A DNA stretch of 64,000 nucleotides from Squalus acanthias (taxonomy: Eukaryota): contig CM059432.1 in the NCBI GenBank assembly GCA_030390025.1, positions 69,566,001 to 69,630,000 of the forward strand, given 5' to 3'. The notes beneath the pieces were generated by a model. The model had not been told where the DNA came from and made no database searches. It was given only the letters and a program-made list of their open reading frames with translations. Positions 47,771-60,714 of the stretch are shown here, in pieces (the first letter of the stretch is position 1; the number at the start of each line of letters is the position of its first letter). Made by a program: the position numbers and the translations under genes.

Positions 47771-50700
47771 TGCTTTTTGCATGTAGTCAAAGTAGACTGC
47801 TTCTTTGCTCAGTAAATTTTGAGTTCAACAAGGAAATAAGAATTGTTTTATTTAGTTGTTGTAAATTAAGTGAGGCAAATATGTGAGAGTAAGAGCAATT
47901 GGGAAATAGTGACTAAAGCGTTGTTAGAAATGACTATTGAGCCAACGATAAGGCTGCTTGACTAGAAAAAGGCAAAATTTTTACATAAAAGGGGATCTGG
48001 CCCAAATGAATTGGGCAGAAAAATTATCAAATAGGCCAATAGATCATCACTGCAGAATATTCAAATATAAGATACATGGAATGCAAAATAAATAATTTTT
48101 TATAAGGTGAAAAAGTGATGCATCAAAAAATAGAGTTCCATAGATCAAAAGTTTGGCCGAACAGTATTAAAGGTTATTGTGAAGAATATAGAAAGTGTAA
48201 TGGAGAGGTGAAAAGGGAGATTAGGCTAAAAGGGAATATTAAAAAAAAAAGCAGATAATATACAAATAATTAGTAAAGACTTTTATAAGCATATAAAAAG
48301 TAAACAAATAGTTAGAGAGGATAGGACAACTCCAAGATGAAGAAACCATTGCATCTTTTAAGAACAAATTGGAAAATTTAAAGCAGAGGAAGATACAGAG
48401 CTATGGGGAGAGTGCAGGGCACTGAGATTATTTTTGTGTTGCTCGAGCAAAGAGCCAGCACAGGCACAATGGGCTGAAAGACCTGCTTCTGTGCTGTAAG
48501 CTTCTATGGTTGTATATATATATTTCATCATTTTATAGAAGTACATGTAAAATTAATAGTATGCTTGTTTTATGCCTTCATCAGTGGATAGTTTATACTT
48601 CTTGACAGAGAAAAATCATAAGCTTGATAAATTGTACCACTAATTCAAACATTCCTCCATCGTAAATTGATATGTGGCATCAGTAGCAATATTCTTTGCT
48701 GTGATATCCAACAACATTCCTCACTGCAGATGCTTGTTTACAGCTCATATGTGATCACTCCTTAGCAAATCAGGATTAATCTCCCAGCCCAAAGATATAA
48801 CAAACAAGTAATATTGATACTGGGCTTTTAATTTTGATTTTTATTATGAGGTTGGAGACTCCACACCATTAATGATACAGCAAGAATTAAGTAGCTTTGC
48901 TTACAGCACTGTGAGGCAGGAGTGACTATTTTTCTGCATTTTATTAACAGTTTTTCCCTTTGATGATTGAATCTCATTTTAATGCTGTATGTGGTTTGAG
49001 TATTACCATCTACATTAACAGCAGTATGTGCTATTGTAAAAAGAACAAAAATATATTTAAATGTCAGAATGTCAGCAAAAAGATCTTGGCCTAGAAATCT
49101 GATAACGGGGGAAAATGGGCAGTGCCACCACGGAGCGAGGTTAACTCACGCCCGTTAAAAGAGCATAGCCAGCACCATTAGTTTGGTGCTGCGTGCTGAT
49201 TTAAATGATTGGTGCGCAGAACCTACCATGCAACACACTGTTTCAGGTGGTACGCTCAGCAGGAGACCTATGTAATGTGGCCGTACCATCCCTGGAGTGA
49301 GGTAGCATTGTCTTAAAGCTAGGCTGTCATTTTAGTAAAGCAGTCTCAAGCCCTTAAAGGGGAACGAACTGCCTTCCAAAATGATAAAAATGAATCATTT
49401 AAAAATAGGCTGTCTTTAGCCCTTACAGCTTAACTGCCTTCTGAAAAAAAGCATTAAAAATAATTCCAAAATGGCAGTCTCCAGCTCTTAAAGCTGAACT
49501 GCCTCTGCACGTAAAAAATGGTAAAAGTGCTTCACCACTAACACAAATGACTCAACAAGCCAGGGAAACGGCGCCCAGGGTCTCTCACGCAGCACTCCAG
49601 CTTTGTGTAGGGGGTCAGCACTGGAAGAGAGGTCCCACAGGGGGCCAGGAGGCCCTCCAGAAAGAAGGATGTGGGACCAGATCACCGAGGCCGTCACTGC
49701 CAGCAGTGTCGTCCCCAGGACCTGGCTCCAGTGCCCAAAGAAGTTTCATGACCTCCGACTAGTGGTCAAGGTCAGTAAATGCATCTTCGAAAGCCGTCTC
49801 CTACCAACTGCATGACTAGCTCAATGCACGACCACCCCACCCCCCATCACTCGCCTATCAACAATCTGTAGCAAACACGAGGCACATCTCACATTCCTAG
49901 CTTCTCCTCACTCCCTTGGAGGAGACGGTGTTGGCCATTCTTGGTAGGGGCACGGCTGAGCCCTTGGCAAGATGCTGGTATCCTCATACGTTATCCACCT
50001 TCTCACATCCCCTTCCCCCTCATCCCACAATCTGTTCTGATTTACAAGCTGCGCATGGTGTAAGCATGCAGCTCTTGCTTTCCCACCCTCCCCTCACTAC
50101 AAGCCTACCCTTGTGTCTTCCTCATTTCAGACACCCAAGAAATCCAGCCTGCCCAGCCAGTCGTCGACCAAGAAGAGGGAGAGGAAAGTGAAGAAGAAGA
50201 AGAAACACCGTCACTTGATTTCACACACCCAGCCAACACCTCGAGAGGTCATTCTGCAAAGCCATTTGCAGTGTCTCCCACTGAAAGTCAGCAGCCTTCC
50301 ACCAACCATGCTGCAGCCACTAGGGGAGCATTGCGTGACATCAGTAGGATAGGCAAAGGCATACACAAGACAGTCACTAAGAGAATGCACAAGGGTGATT
50401 AGTTGATTTCTTGATGTCATATTGGATGCATATATGGATAAAGTTAGATTGAAAAGTTAGCTTAGTGGTGGCTTTTACTTCAGCATTATGGCCAACTGGA
50501 CGCTGTGAAGGTCAGTAACAGAGGGAAGGGAAGGTGTGGGACTAATGTTGAAAGGGGAATTGGGGTTGTGGTCACTGATACTGCATGCGGATGATTCTAT
50601 CCTGGAAATCCCAGCCAGAAAAGGGCTTGTCTGGGTTGCATCCTTCCTTCTGCTTCCTTCTCTTCTGCGTCTTGCTCTTCTGCTTCTTCCTCTTCCCTCT

Positions 50701-50793
50701 GCGAGCAGCTTGTCCCCTTTGCTGCCTCTGTTTCATCTCCATGTGCCCCCCCCCCTCCCCCCAGGACTGTGAGCAAGTGGTCTTCTCAGAGGC

Positions 50794-50940
50794 AAAATAC
50801 TGCAGATGCTGGAAATCTGAAATAAAAGCAGAAAATGCTGGAAATACTCAGCAGGTCAGGCAGCATCTCGAACTGAAACGTTAACTTGTTTCTCTCTCCA
50901 CAGATGCTGCCTGAGCTGCTGAGTATTTCCAGCATTTTCT
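50794..50940. repeat. Mini palindromic Penelope-type insertion
   Basis: Inverted arms cagaaaatgctggaaatactcagcag...ctgctgagtatttccagcattttctg; 14-bp direct repeat GTCTTCTCAGAGGC at 50780..50793 and 50941..50954. Confidence 0.7.
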
Positions 50941-51027
50941 GTCTTCTCAGAGGCCTTTCTTTACCATCCAAAGCCTTGCAAGCGTCCAGCAGCACTCCCT
51001 GCACATTTTAACAACTTTTTAAAGGTA

Positions 51028-51452
51028 CAGGAAACTTTTGTTTATCCGGCACCCAAATATCCGGAATTCTCGCTTAACCGGCAAAAATCATCCTCCGAAA
51101 ACTCCTCTCAAGTAACCGGCAATGTTGCCGAGTCGCAGTCGAGTCTCCGCGAACGCCGAGTACTCCGAAAACTCCTCTCAAATAACCGGCAATGTTGCCG
51201 ATCCCGAGTCCGAGTCCGAGTCCGCGAACGCCGATTTAGTCAGTAGGGGTAGTTTTCAAAAGTGCCACTACTCGGCCTCCTGGCGCTGTCGGAAGTCCGA
51301 AACACTGCAGTAGCAGGAGTTGATTCTCCCGCGCTGCCTGGAGTCTCTTTGTTAAAAATAGCCTCGGTAGATATAACTCTCCGTTATCCGGTACTTTCGA
51401 TAAACCGGCACCACGCCGGTCCCGTCGGTGCCGGTTAATAAAGAGTTTCCTG
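51028..51452. mobile_element. pogo/Tigger-like MITE, copy 2 (opposite orientation)
   Basis: TA|CAGGAAACT...AGTTTCCTG|TA; near-identical to the reverse complement of 28164..28562 over most of its length. Confidence 0.82.
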
Positions 51453-51456
51453 TACC

Positions 51457-52602
51457 CCATAATAGACTGATGAACAAGGTCAGAGAATGCGGAGTCAGGG
51501 GACAAGTAGCAGAATGGATAGCTAGCTGGCTTCAGTAGAGATGGGGTAAAAGGCAGCTATTCACAGTGGCAGAAGGTGGGTAGTGGTGTTCCACAAGGAT
51601 CAGTGTTGGGACCACTGTTGTTCACAATTTATATTAATGATTTAGACTTTGGAATCAAAAACACAATTTCTAAATTTGCAGATGACACCATAGGGGCAGA
51701 TAGTCAATACTGAGGAAGACTGCAACTAATTACAGGAGGACATTAATAAACTTGCAGAATGGGCATATAATTGACAAATTAAGTTCAACACAGATAATTG
51801 TGAGGTATTACATTTTGGTAGGAACAATAAGGAGGTCACTTATTTCTTGGAGGGTGCAAGTCTAGGTGAGGTAGAGGAATAAAGGGATCTCACGGTACAA
51901 ATACACAAATCACTAGAAGTTGTGACACAGGTTAGCAAGGCCATAAAAAAAGCAAACCAGGCACTAGGGTTTATTTCTAGAGATATAGAATTGAAAAGTT
52001 GGGAAGTTATGCTAAACCTGTATCGAACCTTGGTTAGACCACACTTAGAGTATTGCATACAGTTCTGGTCACCATATTATAAAAAGGATATAGAGGCACT
52101 GGAGAGGGTGCAAAGAAGATTTACAAGGATGATACCAGAAATGCGAGGGTATACCTATCAGGAAAGGATGAACAGGCTGGGTCTCTTTTCTCTTGAAAAA
52201 AGAAGACTTAGGGGTGACCTAATAGAGGTCTTTAAAATTATGAAACGTTTTGATAGAGTGGATACAGAGAGAATGTTTACACTTGTCGGGAAGAGCATAA
52301 CTAGAGGCCATCAATATAAGATAGTCACCAAGAAATCCATAGGGAATTCAGAAGAAACTTCTTTACCCGAGAGTGGTGAGAATGTGGAACTCGCTACCAC
52401 AGGGAGTGGTTGAAACAAAAAGTATAGATGCATTTAAGGGGAGGCTAGACAAGCATATGAGGGAGAAGGGAATAGAGGGTTACGCTGATAGATTTAGATG
52501 AGGAAAGATGGGAGGAGGCTCGAGTGGATCATAAACACCGTCATGGACTAGTTGGGCCGAATGGCCTGTTTCTGTGCCGTATATCGTTTGTAATACTATG
52601 TA
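51457..52602 (+). mobile_element. CR1 LINE 3' fragment
   Basis: [26 protein letters not shown]; stops. Confidence 0.88.
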
Positions 52603-54366
52603 AATGTATTGCACCAAGACACTATGTCAATAAAACAGTCCAAAAGTTGAAATTCAAACTTGCCTGAAAGATGTGTGTGTCCCTTTAAGAAGCACTGACA
52701 GCGCCTCTGCAGGGCTGCTTCACGCCCATTTTCTGTGCGTATTTAGGACAGGATGTTATGGCGTGCAAGAATGTCCAAAATAGCAGTCATGGCGTCAAAT
52801 CAGGCGTTGCACGCCGATTGACATCACGATCTGCTCATTTAAATTTGAGAGGCCAGCACCGGCAACGGCAGCGCTATGGCCCTCACCAAAATGGCGGACG
52901 CTGTGTCCCATGCCGGAAGTGGACGGAAGCGAGGTGGCTGTCATTTTTCAACAAAACCGGCCTTAACATCTGGCGCTACAACGGGGAATTTCTAGGCCCT
53001 TAAATTTAAAATTGCTGAATTAATTGAACCATCTACCTAGCCTGAAACATTAATCTAGTAGTTATTCTGATACTTAGCTGGAAAGATTAGAAACAGAAAG
53101 GTAATTGTGACAAAACTATGAGCAGAATCATAATATTTATTGATTATTGCCGGAACTGCTATATTAAGATAGCTGTTAGTTTTTTGACATTTTGAGAATA
53201 ATCCCAGCTGCCATCCTAGTGCCTCCATCTTTTGCTCTCCCTTCCTGGTGTCTGTACCTCAGATGTTTTCCTGCCTGCTCAATGCGTACTTCATTGATAA
53301 AAGTTTGAAGCATATATTTAGCAACCAGGAATGATGAGACATAGTTCGGAGATCAGAGCTGGAGAAATCAGGTGGGGAACTGGATTGAGCGGAATTCAGA
53401 GTGATGGGGGATTCTTACAGAAGGGAAAATCGGAGCCAGAGGTGTAAAGGAAGATCTTAGAGACTGGAAAGGGATAATAATTTATAGGGTGCAGAGATGA
53501 GGGGGACTCACAGAAATGCAGAGATCTGAATTTCTGTCCCAGTTTTCAGGTGCAAAGTACTGCCGGGGGGTGGACATGTGCCTGGGATACATCGGCCTGA
53601 TTTAAGTGAAGTGGGCCCACTAATATTGCCAAGTTCAGATCAGGTCAGGGGGTGCATACTTCAGTTTTGCTCCACCTGAATTGCATCTAGACAGAAGGTG
53701 GGGAAGAAAATTAGTCCGTATGTCTGTGATCTTGTCATGTATTTCTCCACACCTTCTTCTGTATTCTATAAATGTGTGAATGATGGAGGGAGACAGTGAA
53801 AGACAAGGAAAAGAGAGAAGAGAAGAATCTTCATCTAATTACAAATTGAAAAGTAGCACACTAACTATATTTATTTTTCTGTTTATAATTTTATGTTAAC
53901 AGCAGGGGGCACTCACTACGTATAAGAATGAAAAGCTGAGGTTTTTTCAATAGATAGTGGTTCTCAGTTCAGTATCAGTGGAAGAACACTCCCACTAACC
54001 AGATGGCTGAGAACTCTGACATACGATCACACATGGCTGCAGACTGAACACAGCCTGTGCCAGGATTCAGACCTGTATGTTGTGCTTCCATACTCTTCCA
54101 ATGATATGCTATGAGGGAACTTGCTACCACATGTAACTTTGAACCGACTAGTTTTGAATGTGTGATCAAATGTAATATGCTGAAAACTTTTCAAGCAATA
54201 TTTGTAATATAATAGTAAAGTAAATATATATTTATCTTGTAGTTTAGCTCCATGAAAAGCAAAGACAACTGTTAGAGTTAAAAGAGCAGTAATACGATTA
54301 GGGATATTTTCTTGTCAAACACTAATATCTTGACAATAATTTGTCTCAAACAGAGACAAATATAAT

Positions 54367-55848
54367 GAGCTGGATTTTGCGTGCGAATAGTGCCAGTCGT
54401 TCATTGCACTTGCACTGGCCCAGACTTTATCAGATTTTGCAGTGGAACTTACTGTAATTAGAGAGCCAAAACACCATAGCGCCCTCTATAGGAGATCTGA
54501 GACATGTGTAAGCAGGGCAAGCAACTGTGTATTTCCTTAACCAATGATATTAAAAAATTATTAATGAGCAGTGCAGAGTTTGAATCAGGAAATGTCCGTT
54601 AAAAGATTTAATCCAATGCCAAATATGTACAGAAAGCAAATTAGAGAGGTAAAGAAAGATGGGATTAAGAAAGAGAGACAAAAGAGACAGAAAGAAGAAG
54701 TAAAACAATGGCCCAGAAATTCGGGTCGGAGGCTTCCCGCGGGTGCAAGCATAGCAGGTGCACTTACATAGCGCGCCTGCCGTTGTGCTGTGGGCCCGCG
54801 TGGGATTCCGATCCTGGGCCTCCTCCAGCTGCCGGTGTGCAGTGCTCGCGTATCCCAGCGGCGCAACTAGTTCGCACCGTCCCCTGGAATCACATGGTCC
54901 ATGGGGAGCCAATCGGAGCAGGGAATCTCCATTCATCGATTTGACTGGAAGACCTGTCAAATCTATGAATAGAGATCGGCCCCAAAACCTAAGTAAAACT
55001 TCAAATATTTTTTTTTAAATCACATTTTTAAAATAACTATAAATTACATAAATTAACTATTTTAAACAAAAATTAAATTTTTGAAAAAATGTATTAAAGT
55101 TTTTAATGGGGCTAAATAAACTTACCTTTCTTTAACGTATTTAAAAATGATAAACCTGTGGAAAAAATGTTTCAATTTTACTTAATTCACCTCTTACCTT
55201 GTTAAAAGCAGGCCTTGTGCCTGCTTTTTCCACGCGCAGCTGCTAGGGACTTACCCGCACGGAGAAACCTGTAAAAAAAAAAAAAGCGGAAGTTCGCTGC
55301 GTACGCGCTGCCTCTCCCACGCACGCGTTTGACCTGCGAACCCCTTCCTTCAAGAGACCGGAAGTTCCGGTTTCCCGTGCTTGCGCGAAACCGGCACTTC
55401 CGGTGGCCCTACGGGTGAGTACACAGCGCGTACTCACCCGTGGGGACCCGAATTTCTGGGCCAATATTTATTTTAATTTTAAAAATGTTTTTAAATCTCC
55501 AACAATAATTAAAATCTGAAGGAATGAGACACCACACTTGTAAAAGTTCATTTTCAGTGCCGGAGAGGTTATCATGCCTCTTTACTTACACTGGAATGGA
55601 CAAGCACTAACCTTTTCTGGCAAGTTTAGTGGGCAACTTCATACCGTTCTATATATTTCAATGCCGAGTCGCTCGGCGAGATACTGTTATAGCGAAGCTT
55701 CTGGAGGAGCAGGGCAACTTGGACAGTAATTTCCTGATTTCCGCGTTTAACTGCGCATGAGTGGTTGCCGGAAGTTGCTGTTGGATTTACTCTTTAATAA
55801 TGGTGAACGCTGTTAGCTCACCATTATTTCGAGAGCAAAATCCGGCCC
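54367..55848. mobile_element. Older Harbinger-type MITE hosting 54710..55462
   Basis: GAGCTGGATTTTGC / GCAAAATCCGGCCC; TSD AAT. Confidence 0.72.
54710..55462. mobile_element. Harbinger-type MITE related to family D
   Basis: Perfect 18-bp TIR GGCCCAGAAATTCGGGTC; TSD AAT. Confidence 0.88.
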
Positions 55849-55983
55849 AATATAACAACTCTACAAAATAGGATTTTTTTTCATCTTGAGATTTATTAAT
55901 GTCTACTATTTTGGGCTGAACATGTTATATACCAGTAATGTTTTCTACTTTTATCATTCACTCTTCTCTTTATTGACTTTAAG

Positions 55984-56196
55984 GATGCATTTAAAAATGG
56001 TACAGTAGTTTTGCTGAATACTAGTCTTTACCAGAGTCTGTACATCACTTCTGATGGAACCTGCTTCGGAACAGGAAAACAATTTCAAATGTCATATTTG
56101 CGGGTGCATGAAGTCAGTCCTAAGGTTTACATGTTTGAGAGTGTACAGAATCCACAAAAGTTCATACAAATCAGGGATGGCAAATGTGATGGACTG
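55984..56196 (+). CDS. RP1: RP1-like gene, exon I (second beta-trefoil-like unit)
   Basis: tttaag|GAT...CTG|gtgagc; DAFKNGTVVLLNTSLYQSLYITSDGTCFGTGKQFQMSYLRVHEVSPKVYMFESVQNPQKFIQIRDGKCDGL; phase 0 to 0. Confidence 0.82.
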
Positions 56197-57848
56197 GTGA
56201 GCATTTATTTTTACATATTTTTAAGAATGCATAAGTTAAGCTGAGATATTTGTAAAATTTAAAATTGTGTGGTCAAAAAGCTTAAAAGTGTGAAGGTTGA
56301 AATTATGTGTGTTATTAGTAATAAAAAGGCTTGCCCCGATCATCCATGGGCCTTTCATCCAGACAAAAGTGCTGGGATCCACCCACTAGGAACCCCTACC
56401 GCTGATCCTGCCAGAGAGTCAGGGGAAGTTTCCTTCAGTTACATGAAACTGGTGGGTGCCGCTGCCACAATGGGTGCATCTTGGATGCCGGCCTGCGCAA
56501 AGGCCGGGAGGAGTAACATTGCTGAAATACTCACTGCTACGTCCGCAGTCCCAGCCCACCAACAATTTCTCGAAGGAGCTTTTGCCTGCCCTGTTAATAC
56601 GATGCTTTCTCCCATCTATTGCCTGTGTTTGGGAGTCCAGGGTAGAACCCAGGCCTCAACCCCACACAAACCCCACATCTACCAGCTGGGAGTCCAAAAT
56701 GCCTGCTTTCTCTATTTCCCACATGGCAGAACCAAGATCAACGCTGAAGGAACTCCCAGCCTGGAAGTTCCCTCCTCCTAACCATGCTCCGCTGACCTAG
56801 GGAACCATTTTTTGGGGCAGACGGAGCTTTCACCCCAAATAGACCACCCAGAATTAATGGCCTAGAAATAGGTTGATGCCGTATCCATTTCACAGGCATA
56901 AAATGGGCAGCAAAGCATCCAATATGACAGGTGGATTGCACACACACGTTCCATGGTGGAAGTGCATCGCCCACCATATCGGTTAAGGCAGAAAAGGGCA
57001 CACACCTGAAACAAGTATTATATCGGGTGTGCCTCTGGCCTACCCTTCCCGGCACAGGGATTTCTATGCCAATGAGCGCAGACCGGGCCCTGGTGTTTCT
57101 AGGACCCAGCCTAGTTCATAGACCCTCCGTAACACTCCCAGGGACTTACACCAGGAATGTATTGCATAGGTCGGTAGATTTATGGGGTACTTAACTCATT
57201 TGTATTAAATTCGTTTCTGCCCTATTTAATGAAGGTACTCGACCTTGGATTAAATAATTTGCTACTAGTATATCATAGAATATATCTTCAAACTGGTAGT
57301 GTTACAGACAAACTGGGTCACTCCACATTGACAAAGTCATCGTGGGCGGTAATGCAAACTGGGCAATAGCGAAACGTCAGCCTCTTTTACACAGCCCAAA
57401 TTTCTTTTGAAAATCAGACGGAGTAAATCAGGCTGCTGATTCGCTATCACCCTTTTTGCACTACCACCCAAAATAAATTTCACCCCTAATGTATGATGAA
57501 TTCATTTAAACGTCTTGTTTTATGCACTTGAATTATTGCCACTTATATCTGTGAATTTTTTGTTCAAGGAATAATTATTGCCTTTGTTTTTATTTGTAAT
57601 TGTACAATTTGTTTTGGGAGAACTAGTTTACAAAATGTCTAGAAAATGGATTATTAAATATATTAAGGTGTTTCCATTTTGTGCCGACATAGGGCAGGCA
57701 GCAGACCTACTGGTTAATTAAATGAAAAGAAAGGCAGTCTGATTTTTGAAATTAATATACATGAAAAATTGATTCCAACACTAACAAAGCAAAAAGTGCA
57801 GAAATGAATAGAGGACCTGTAGTTTATTGAGTTTTTTTTCCTGCAAAG

Positions 57849-58026
57849 GGCACAGGAGATGAGTACTGTCACTTTAAGGTGCAAAGAAATTTAGAAAATG
57901 CAACTGTAAGCCTGGAATCTGTGAAAAGCCCAGGAATGTATCTCGGTCTTCTCTCAGATGGACATACAAACCCATTCGCACACACTGGAGAAAGCAATGT
58001 CATGTTCTACCCGCAGGCTATCAACA
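57849..58026 (+). CDS. RP1: RP1-like gene, exon J
   Basis: gcaaag|GGC...AACA|gtgagt; GTGDEYCHFKVQRNLENATVSLESVKSPGMYLGLLSDGHTNPFAHTGESNVMFYPQAIN; phase 0 to 1; the gene continues beyond the window. Confidence 0.82.
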
Positions 58027-58897
58027 GTGAGTAATTAATAGATATAAATACAGATAGCAATCATATGATATTTCCAAAAATAATATTTCTTTCCTTCTTT
58101 CTGGGGAAGCCCGCGAGATGAAGGGGCTGATGATGTGGTTCCACCGCAGTGGCAGCAGGAGCACTTCTGCTTGGTTGCCATGTGCATCGCAAGCTGATTT
58201 CATCAGCTCATTAACATTTTAGCTGCTGATCCTGGCGCACAGCGCATTATGTGCTGGGAGTGTAGAAGGGAAAAGAAGAAGGATTTGACGTGAAATGTCT
58301 CTGGAAAGCCTGCTGCTCTCTCTTAATGTTGTGCTGCAAAAAAAAGAGGGAGAGAAATGGCAGCAACGCACCCTATGCACTAGGGAAGCACTGGACGACA
58401 CCTGCACCAAAACTATTAGGGACCATAAAAAGTCGGATCACTGATACTGTTCCATCTGCTGACAGCTGTTTTGCTATATAGCAAATTAACTTAGCTGGTG
58501 AGAAATGCTATTGTACTCAGAGGTCCTGATGTAAAGCTGAGGCACCGACATCAGCACTTAATTCAGATTGGATTTTGGACGCACGGGAAAAGAACTGTTG
58601 TGTGCTAATTGAATCCTGTAGTTAGTTGAAAGTGTCATTAGAGACTATTATTACTCCAACTAAGTAGTGGCTTATTTAGGCAAACATATCTTCTGGCTGT
58701 TGCTTGGGGTCACCTTCTGCGATTGATTTGTGTCACATGTCTTCTGTCGGCCCCTTTGCATGGCGAAGTTGTGTAAAGTGCAGGAGGCTGTAATAATTTT
58801 GGATACCTTTGTCACTTCGTACTGCAGCACTACTCTGATCTATCAATGCATCTGATCTTTTTATGACAATCCATCAGTTTAACAATAGTAACATTGG

Positions 58898-59259
58898 GTA
58901 CGGTAGCATAGTTGTTATGTTACTGGACTAGTAATTCAGAGGCTTGGACTAATGATCTGGAGACGTGAGTTCAAATCCCACCATGGCAGCTGGGTAATTT
59001 AAATTCAGTTAATTAAATAAATCTGGAATAAAAAGCTAGTATCAGTAATGGTGACCATGAAACTATCGGATTGTTGTAAAAACCCATCTGGTTCACTAAT
59101 GTCCTTTATGGAAGAAAATCTGCTGTCCTTACCTGGTCTGGCTTATATGTGGCTCTTAACTGCCCTTTGTGGTTCAAGAATGCAGCTCACCACCATCTTC
59201 TGAAGGGCATTTCGGGATGGGCAGTGACAGCCACATCCTCTGAACGAATAAAAAAAAAA
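58898..59259 (+). mobile_element. tRNA-derived SINE with LINE-derived 3' end and poly(A)
   Basis: Head gtagcatagttgttatg...gagttcaaatccc (A/B-box-like); tail ggttcaagaatgcagctcaccaccatcttctgaagggca...gaataaaaaaaa. Confidence 0.7.
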
Positions 59260-59379
59260 CACAGCCTACAACCAAACTCTGCCTGTAGATTATATTATAG
59301 TAACTAGTCCAGTAGTACGTAAGGCAGATGAACCCTGTTTCTGAATGAGATGCTCGGGGGTGGGGTGGTGGTTAGCACA

Positions 59380-59570
59380 CCTGGTGAGGTCATTGAATTT
59401 CAGGTGCTGGTGTACATGCTGCTGGCAATGGCATGCTATGCAATCTCCTGCCAAGACCATTCCCCATCTCGCAGTGAGACATACCAACCGTCCAAGGAGA
59501 AGAGAATGTCCCTCTTTTCCCCAACTTCCTCCACCAAAATATCTACGACTGTGTCCAAAAACCTAGGTGT
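59380..59570 (-). pseudogene. Degenerate Myb/SANT exon relic
   Basis: TPRFLDTVVDILVEEVGEKRDILF...WQEIA...KFNDLTR. Confidence 0.6.
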
Positions 59571-59932
59571 CCTGTCCCACAACTGCCAGCAGACATGTTT
59601 CATGCCTCCTTCCTGCTGTTGCCAGATAAAACTGCATTGACTATTTAAGATGCTGCAGGTTTTTAAGACCTGTGTTCCCATCCCCAAATAGGCAAGCTGT
59701 CATGCTTGTAGTGAGCCCAAATTATCTTAAGGTGTGCGAACGAGGAAACTGCCAAATTCCACCTGTTCATCACAGCAAGCCCACCTCTTGTCCAAGTTCT
59801 ACTCATAGGAATAAAACTGGCCCCATAATCTTTCTTTCACACAACAAGACATATTGGGCTGGATTTTCCTGTTCTTGGCAGTGTAACAATAGAGTGGGAC
59901 CTCTGCCGACCATTTGACACTGCTGCAAACCC

Positions 59933-60714
59933 AACATAAGAACATACGACGTAGGAGCAGGAGTAGGTCATTTGGCCCCTCGAGTAAGATCATGGCTGAT
60001 CTGATCTTGGCCTCAACTCCACTTCCCTGCCCGCTCCCCATAACCCTCGACTCCCTTATCGTTCAAAAATCTGTCTATCTCCACCTTAAATATATTCAAT
60101 GACCCAGCCTCCACAGCTCTCTGGGGAAGAGAATTCCAAAGATTCACGACCCTCTGAGAGAAGAAATTCCTCTTCATTTCCGATTTAAAAGGGTGCCCCC
60201 TTATTCTGAAATTATGCCCCCTAGTTCTAGATTCCCCCACGAGGGGAAACATCGGGCTGGATTTTGAATGACCCATGGAGTCGGGTTTGGAGGCGTGTGG
60301 GGGGTTAAATTTGCGGGGTCGGGGTTTCCGACCCCATCCCGACTCCATCCCGCCTCCACGCAATTTTGACAAATCAGTCGCGGGGTTCCCGACTCCGTCC
60401 CGCCTCCAAGAGGCGGGAGAGGCCATTAAAGCCCTTAACAAGCCCTAAATTGGCTCTGTAATGCCATTTTGAAACGTTGTAGCTAGTTTAACCCTTTTCT
60501 GACGTGAAGCACGCCTGATGTGAAACACTCCAGTGAAACCTGCCGGGAGCACAAATGGGTAGCTGACTATCGGCTGCAGGTCCACTATTACAACGGAGAT
60601 GTGATGAAGGTAGTAGTAGTATTAGGTGTGAAAGTCGCCTCTGATGCTGCTGCATTGAATGTCTTCAGAGACTGCATGGCAATTGGTGTGAGAGGACTTG
60701 GATGCAAAAAAAAA

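Larger units (their letters stand above)
49088..52998 (+). mobile_element. Non-autonomous Harbinger element with Myb/SANT relic and three nested inserts
   Basis: TIR GGCCTAGAAAT / ATTTCTAGGCC; TSD CTT; MWDQITEAVTASSVVPRTWLQCPKKFHDL at about 49670..49760. Confidence 0.85.

Noticed and set aside
56269..56781. 170-aa ORF next to exon I
   Set aside because: No recognisable motif or splice signals, and exon I joins exon J in phase without it.
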